Below, piece by piece: positions 54,448-57,960 of a stretch of 57,960 bases of DNA. The notes beneath the pieces are model-generated. The model was not told the DNA's origin. It saw only the letters and a program-made list of their open reading frames with translations, and made no database searches. The first letter of the stretch is position 1; each line of letters opens with the position of its first letter. Source of the stretch: a virus. Lineage: Duplodnaviria; Caudoviricetes. Position numbers and translations under genes: made by a program. The stretch lies in IMG/VR virus record IMGVR_UViG_3300046751_000386, positions 1 to 57,960 of that record. The stretch is one strand, 5' to 3'.

Positions 54448-54796
54448 GCCCCAGTTAAGCCTGACTAGAATAGAAAACTCTGTCGGTCAGGGCATACCCG
54501 ACCTTATGATCTGCGATGAACGCGGGCTATTTCATTTTGTAGAATTAAAGTTTTGCAAGGCCAATGCGGTACGGTTAAGCCCGCACCAAGTTTCTTGGCT
54601 AACGAGGCACCGACACAGTAGCAGTTGGATATTGGTTAAGCAGCATCAGAACTGGGGGAAAAAACCTGTCGTTCTTTTGTATCGTGCGGATCAGGCAATA
54701 GCGGTCAAAACAGACGGGCTAAAGACCGATCCGGTGTATGAAGGCACAAATCCTTTTGATTGGCCTGTTCTTTTCGACTTGATTTCTCCCATATAA
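54356..54796 (+). CDS. VRR-NUC / Holliday junction resolvase-like PD-(D/E)xK nuclease
   Basis: E..FY...RIEN..GQGIPDL...FVELK...LSPHQVSW. Confidence 0.8.
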   Translation: MAQTLSTLPQPKIPTEAAFYQQLRTAAKKVRPQLSLTRIENSVGQGIPDLMICDERGLFHFVELKFCKANAVRLSPHQVSWLTRHRHSSSWILVKQHQNWGKKPVVLLYRADQAIAVKTDGLKTDPVYEGTNPFDWPVLFDLISPI

Positions 54797-54807
54797 TCGC
54801 ATATACT
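54779..54807 (+). promoter_or_regulatory. Sigma70-like early promoter
   Basis: TTGATT-N17-TATACT, with TCCCATATAA/TCGCATATAC repeats. Confidence 0.75.
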
Positions 54808-54836
54808 CTAAGGGTTAGCTAAATGGAGAACATGCT

Positions 54837-55193
54837 ATGAGTTTAAATTATGATTTATGCGGTGTAAAAGCCGACTATAAAGACGACGCCGTCTGGCCTA
54901 TCACCAGTGCTTTAATTTGGGGCACCATGTCGGTTGGCTTAAATGCGATTACGGAAAAGAATTGGGAGGAATTTTACGTTCGTTGCCACGCCGTTGAAAC
55001 GATCAACGGGGCTTGGCTTCGTGATAAGGATTTAAAAGGCCGACCGATCACGGCAGAGGATGTAAGAAGCCACGTAGGATTGCACACCAATGCGGACACT
55101 CGAACTAAGGCCGAGTTCCAGAAAGACATTTACAGACGTTTTTTGGATCAGGCTAACCGCAACATAACACTGTCACGGCAGGAACTCGAATGA
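54837..55193 (+). CDS. Early hypothetical protein
   Basis: RBS TGGAGAAC; 118 aa. Confidence 0.75.
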   Translation: MSLNYDLCGVKADYKDDAVWPITSALIWGTMSVGLNAITEKNWEEFYVRCHAVETINGAWLRDKDLKGRPITAEDVRSHVGLHTNADTRTKAEFQKDIYRRFLDQANRNITLSRQELE

Positions 55194-55372
55194 ATACTTA
55201 TAAGATCACCTGTGAGATTCATGTGCTGGCAGAAAATGCCCACGATGTTGAGGCAACGCTGCACGAAGAAGCTTACGCATGGCTCAAGAACAACGAATTT
55301 ATGTGTGCCATAGAGAGCAACGCGAAGACAATCACACGAATGAATATCACGGAAGAAAGGGAGAAAGCCTAA
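55190..55372 (+). CDS. Early hypothetical protein
   Basis: ATGA coupling; 60 aa. Confidence 0.6.
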   Translation: MNTYKITCEIHVLAENAHDVEATLHEEAYAWLKNNEFMCAIESNAKTITRMNITEEREKA

Positions 55373-55375
55373 CCA

Positions 55376-55480
55376 ATGTTTATTTTTGAACTAATAGGTC
55401 GATTGCTTTATGGCAGCGATTACGAGGAATTGAGCAAAAGAGCGAACCGCAAAAAACCAACGCGAAAACGCCGACGATAA
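55376..55480 (+). CDS. Very small protein with a basic tail (34 aa, not in the ORF track)
   Basis: MFIFELIGRLLYGSDYEELSKRANRKKPTRKRRR; RBS GGGAG; ends just before a terminator. Confidence 0.55.
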   Translation: MFIFELIGRLLYGSDYEELSKRANRKKPTRKRRR

Positions 55481-55493
55481 AACTTTAGAAACT

Positions 55494-55523
55494 GCCCGCT
55501 TTACAGGCGGGCTTTTTTCTTTT
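55494..55523 (+). terminator. Rho-independent terminator
   Basis: GCCCGC...GCGGGC plus TTTTTTCTTTT. Confidence 0.75.
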
Positions 55524-55558
55524 ATAGATATGGGACATTGCATATATTGGAGAACGCT

Positions 55559-55789
55559 ATGGCTAACGTAATTTATAAGAAATATTCCTTTTTGGGACAG
55601 CCTAGATACTGGAACCGACGCACTAGAATGTGGACATTATGGCTTTCTAAAAGTTGCCATTACCCGACGCACCACGGCGCGTTGCGCGTTTTGCATAGCC
55701 GAAGGTTTTCGGAAAATATTTCAACGAATAAAGACGTATCGACAGGCATAAGCCTATCGCCGGAATATGGGGTAAAAACGCTATGCTAA
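55559..55789 (+). CDS. Early basic/aromatic hypothetical protein
   Basis: RBS TATTGGAGAAC before ATG 55559. Confidence 0.6.
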   Translation: MANVIYKKYSFLGQPRYWNRRTRMWTLWLSKSCHYPTHHGALRVLHSRRFSENISTNKDVSTGISLSPEYGVKTLC

Positions 55790-56493
55790 AAACTGTCGAA
55801 TATAGCCGCGCAAAAAAGACGCGGGGAATTGCAGTCACATATAGAGCGGGCGATGGTAGCAATTACGGAACTTGCCCAGTTAGTTGTGAACTTAACCCGA
55901 GCGGTTGCGGCGCGTCAAAAATAGATGTTGATTATCTTGACGCTGTTTTAGATGCTAAACCTGTCAAAGGTGTATCGTTCACCTATTCGCATTTCTCTCC
56001 CCTTCACTGGAAACGAAAACTTGCGGCAAATAAAACGGTCATAAACTACAGCGCAAAAACCGCCGAAATCGCGGCAAAGTTTATGCGGTTTAAGGTGCCT
56101 TGTGTTGTGACAGTTGGGGAAAAATTCTGGCAGGGGAAAAAGAAACAATCTGTTGATGGTGCCTTGATTGTACGTTGTCCGGCGGAAACAATCGCGGGGT
56201 TTAGTTGTGCCGATTGCGGCAATGGTGATCCCCTATGCGCAAGGCTCGAAAGAACTTTTGCAGTTGGCTTTACCGCCCATGGTGCTAGTAAAAAGAAAGC
56301 CGCTAATCCAGATGAGGCGGGCGGTTGCTATGCGTCTGGCGGTAATGTCGCGTTGCACTGGACGGCTACAGCCGCGCAGGATCAGGACGAAACCGACGGG
56401 GATAAATTGCGTCGCTTTGTTTCTGGCTTGCCGCCCCGTTCAATTATCCGGCATCATATTGCAGGCGATATAGGCGAGGAAACGCACGATTAG
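55783..56493 (+). CDS. Cys-rich phage protein (GP88/DUF7227-like, putatively metal- or Fe-S-binding)
   Basis: TCPVSC, FTYSH, CPA...CADC...LC, GFTAHG, GCYA and RHHIAGD motifs. Confidence 0.6.
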   Translation: MLKTVEYSRAKKTRGIAVTYRAGDGSNYGTCPVSCELNPSGCGASKIDVDYLDAVLDAKPVKGVSFTYSHFSPLHWKRKLAANKTVINYSAKTAEIAAKFMRFKVPCVVTVGEKFWQGKKKQSVDGALIVRCPAETIAGFSCADCGNGDPLCARLERTFAVGFTAHGASKKKAANPDEAGGCYASGGNVALHWTATAAQDQDETDGDKLRRFVSGLPPRSIIRHHIAGDIGEETHD

Positions 56494-56575
56494 AAATTTC
56501 CGCTTGATTATATATGCGAGGTTCTATATGAAGGGGGCGGGGCAATCCTGCCCCTTTAACTTTGGAGAACGTAAA

Positions 56576-57703
56576 ATGTCACATTCAATCGAAAACTCAA
56601 ACAACAGTTTAACCCAGCTAATGCAACAGGTCCAAGACCAAGCCGCCCGCAAGGCTGATTTTTTGACCCCTACAAATGATCTGCAAAAGATCACCAATTC
56701 AGAAACAAACGAACCAATATTAGTTATTGAAGCAAAAGGCGGCGAACCTACCCGCCATTTAAAAATAAACAACGTAGCTTTCCAACAGCTAGCCGCGCAT
56801 TGCGACATTGAGGCCCGCACGGCCCGCCGCCTTCAAACACATTACCCTTTTGAGTTCGACAATCTGATTAACGCTCACTTTGATCAAGAGCCTAAGCGGA
56901 AAATGCTTCGTACTTTTCTCGACACCGACGAAACGAACGGCACCGCCCGAGCGTTGCTTTCCGACAGGTTTAAGTGTTTTGATAATGATAATATGATCCA
57001 AACCATTTTGCCGCCGTTGATGGAAAACCCCGCGCAACTTCAGGTCGTGAACGCAAAAATTAGCGACAGCAAATTGTATATGCGGTTTAAAAGCCTTGTT
57101 CATACTGGGGCGGGTGCAAACGTGTCAGATGTAATGGCGAACGGTTGCGGCTTTTCTAACTCGGAGACGGGGCAGGGATCGGTGTCAGCTTACCAGCTTT
57201 TTTGGACCTTAGCATGCCTTAATGGCATGCAAACCGAGAACAAAACTCGGAGCAGCCATATCACCAGCGCGAGGGATAGTGACGATTGGGGCTTGTTATC
57301 GGGAGAGGCGCAGGAAGCCGATAATAGAGCCTTGAATTTAAAACTTCGTGATCTGGTGGAAGCATACAGCAGCCGCGAGATGTTTGACCAAGTGCTGGAC
57401 AAGATGAAAGCAGCAGCCGCCGACACAATCGAAGGCGAATATTCGGTTTCTGACACGGTTAACAATCTGGGAACCGTTATGCGTTTGACCAAAAAAGAAA
57501 CGTCAAATGTTCTTGACGGCCTTATGTCAACTATAGGGCAAGCGGGCTATGAGAACGACCGCCCATTGTCGCGGGCAACCTTTATCAACGCCGTGACAGC
57601 AGCGGGCAACAAATGTGATATTGACCAGACGGATGACTATCAACGCCTTGGGGGTCGTCTTTTGAATATGAACGCTCGAGATTGGAACCGCATAGCGGCT
57701 TAA
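56576..57703 (+). CDS. DUF932-like phage protein
   Basis: RALLSDRF..FDN, SNSETG.GS and LACLNGM motifs; RBS TTGGAGAAC before ATG 56576. Confidence 0.7.
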   Translation: MSHSIENSNNSLTQLMQQVQDQAARKADFLTPTNDLQKITNSETNEPILVIEAKGGEPTRHLKINNVAFQQLAAHCDIEARTARRLQTHYPFEFDNLINAHFDQEPKRKMLRTFLDTDETNGTARALLSDRFKCFDNDNMIQTILPPLMENPAQLQVVNAKISDSKLYMRFKSLVHTGAGANVSDVMANGCGFSNSETGQGSVSAYQLFWTLACLNGMQTENKTRSSHITSARDSDDWGLLSGEAQEADNRALNLKLRDLVEAYSSREMFDQVLDKMKAAAADTIEGEYSVSDTVNNLGTVMRLTKKETSNVLDGLMSTIGQAGYENDRPLSRATFINAVTAAGNKCDIDQTDDYQRLGGRLLNMNARDWNRIAA

Positions 57704-57712
57704 ATTTTTTTA

Positions 57713-57741
57713 TTGCTTTGCACTTTACAATGGCGCATATT
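57713..57741 (+). promoter_or_regulatory. Sigma70-like early promoter
   Basis: TTGCTT-N17-CATATT followed by the hairpin GGGGCAGGG-GAAA-CCTTGCCCC. Confidence 0.65.
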
Positions 57742-57788
57742 GGGGCAGGGGAAACCTTGCCCCTTAACTTTGTTTGGAGAACGAAAAA

Positions 57789-57960
57789 ATGGAACTAGCT
57801 AAAACAGACTACACCAATGAGACCGAGTTGAGAGCGGCGCGTGAAATGCTCGAACGCCGTGAAGTGGAAATAGCCCGCTTGCGTGAAGAGATGGAAGCAC
57901 TTCGAACCGTTAACCAAGAAAATGCTTTGATGCTGGACGATATACGCTTGCCCCTTTTTA
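57789..57960 (+). CDS. 5' part of the early gene that continues to position 372
   Basis: MELAKTDYTNETELRAAREMLERRE...; RBS TTGGAGAAC. Confidence 0.8.
   Translation, partial: MELAKTDYTNETELRAAREMLERREVEIARLREEMEALRTVNQENALMLDDIRLPLF

Noticed and set aside
57834-57960. 127-bp terminal repeat as a biological direct terminal repeat
   Set aside because: It falls inside a gene and equals a common assembler k-mer overlap, so it shows circularity rather than the virion termini
1-57960. Integrase/att site, tRNA genes, RNA polymerase, DNA methyltransferase, alternative genetic code
   Set aside because: No supporting motifs were recognised by eye, and genes are intact and densely packed under the standard code; a tRNAscan/HMM run is needed to exclude these formally

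Overview
The window is an apparently complete, circularly assembled dsDNA tailed-phage genome of about 57,833 bp. Bases 1-127 recur exactly at 57834-57960, which is most likely an assembler overlap. Almost all genes are on the + strand. Gene order: terminase large subunit and portal (2.3-6.2 kb); lysis/membrane cassette with holin and M15 endolysin; GroES, scaffold-like protein and major capsid protein (8.9-12.3 kb); small basic proteins; podovirus-like adaptor, nozzle and fibre genes (15-26 kb); large internal/ejection proteins including a lytic transglycosylase (26-39.6 kb); replication module (SNF2 helicase on the - strand, SSB-like protein, AEP primase, UvrD helicase, HNH-AP2, sigma70-region-4 protein, family A DNA polymerase of the Leu762 type); then many small early/regulatory genes, terminase small subunit and a VRR-NUC-like nuclease. 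I recognised no integrase, RNA polymerase, tRNA, CRISPR array or reverse transcriptase. From memory and without a search, the gene content resembles marine alphaproteobacterial podophages of the HTVC023P/roseophage type. The most striking unexplained structure is an ORF-less, promoter- and terminator-bounded three-hairpin small RNA (about 50016-50095). It presents a CUCC anti-Shine-Dalgarno loop and is complementary (7-13 nt) to a GGAGAAC ribosome-binding site shared by about 9 early/replication genes but not by the structural-gene RBSs I inspected. Other findings include repeated promoter-hairpin-RBS early cassettes, a 10-bp-period operator-like motif next to a ribbon-helix-helix gene, and a [FYM]xxGG peptide motif shared by many internal virion proteins. 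All functional calls come from motif recognition by eye, with no database searches.
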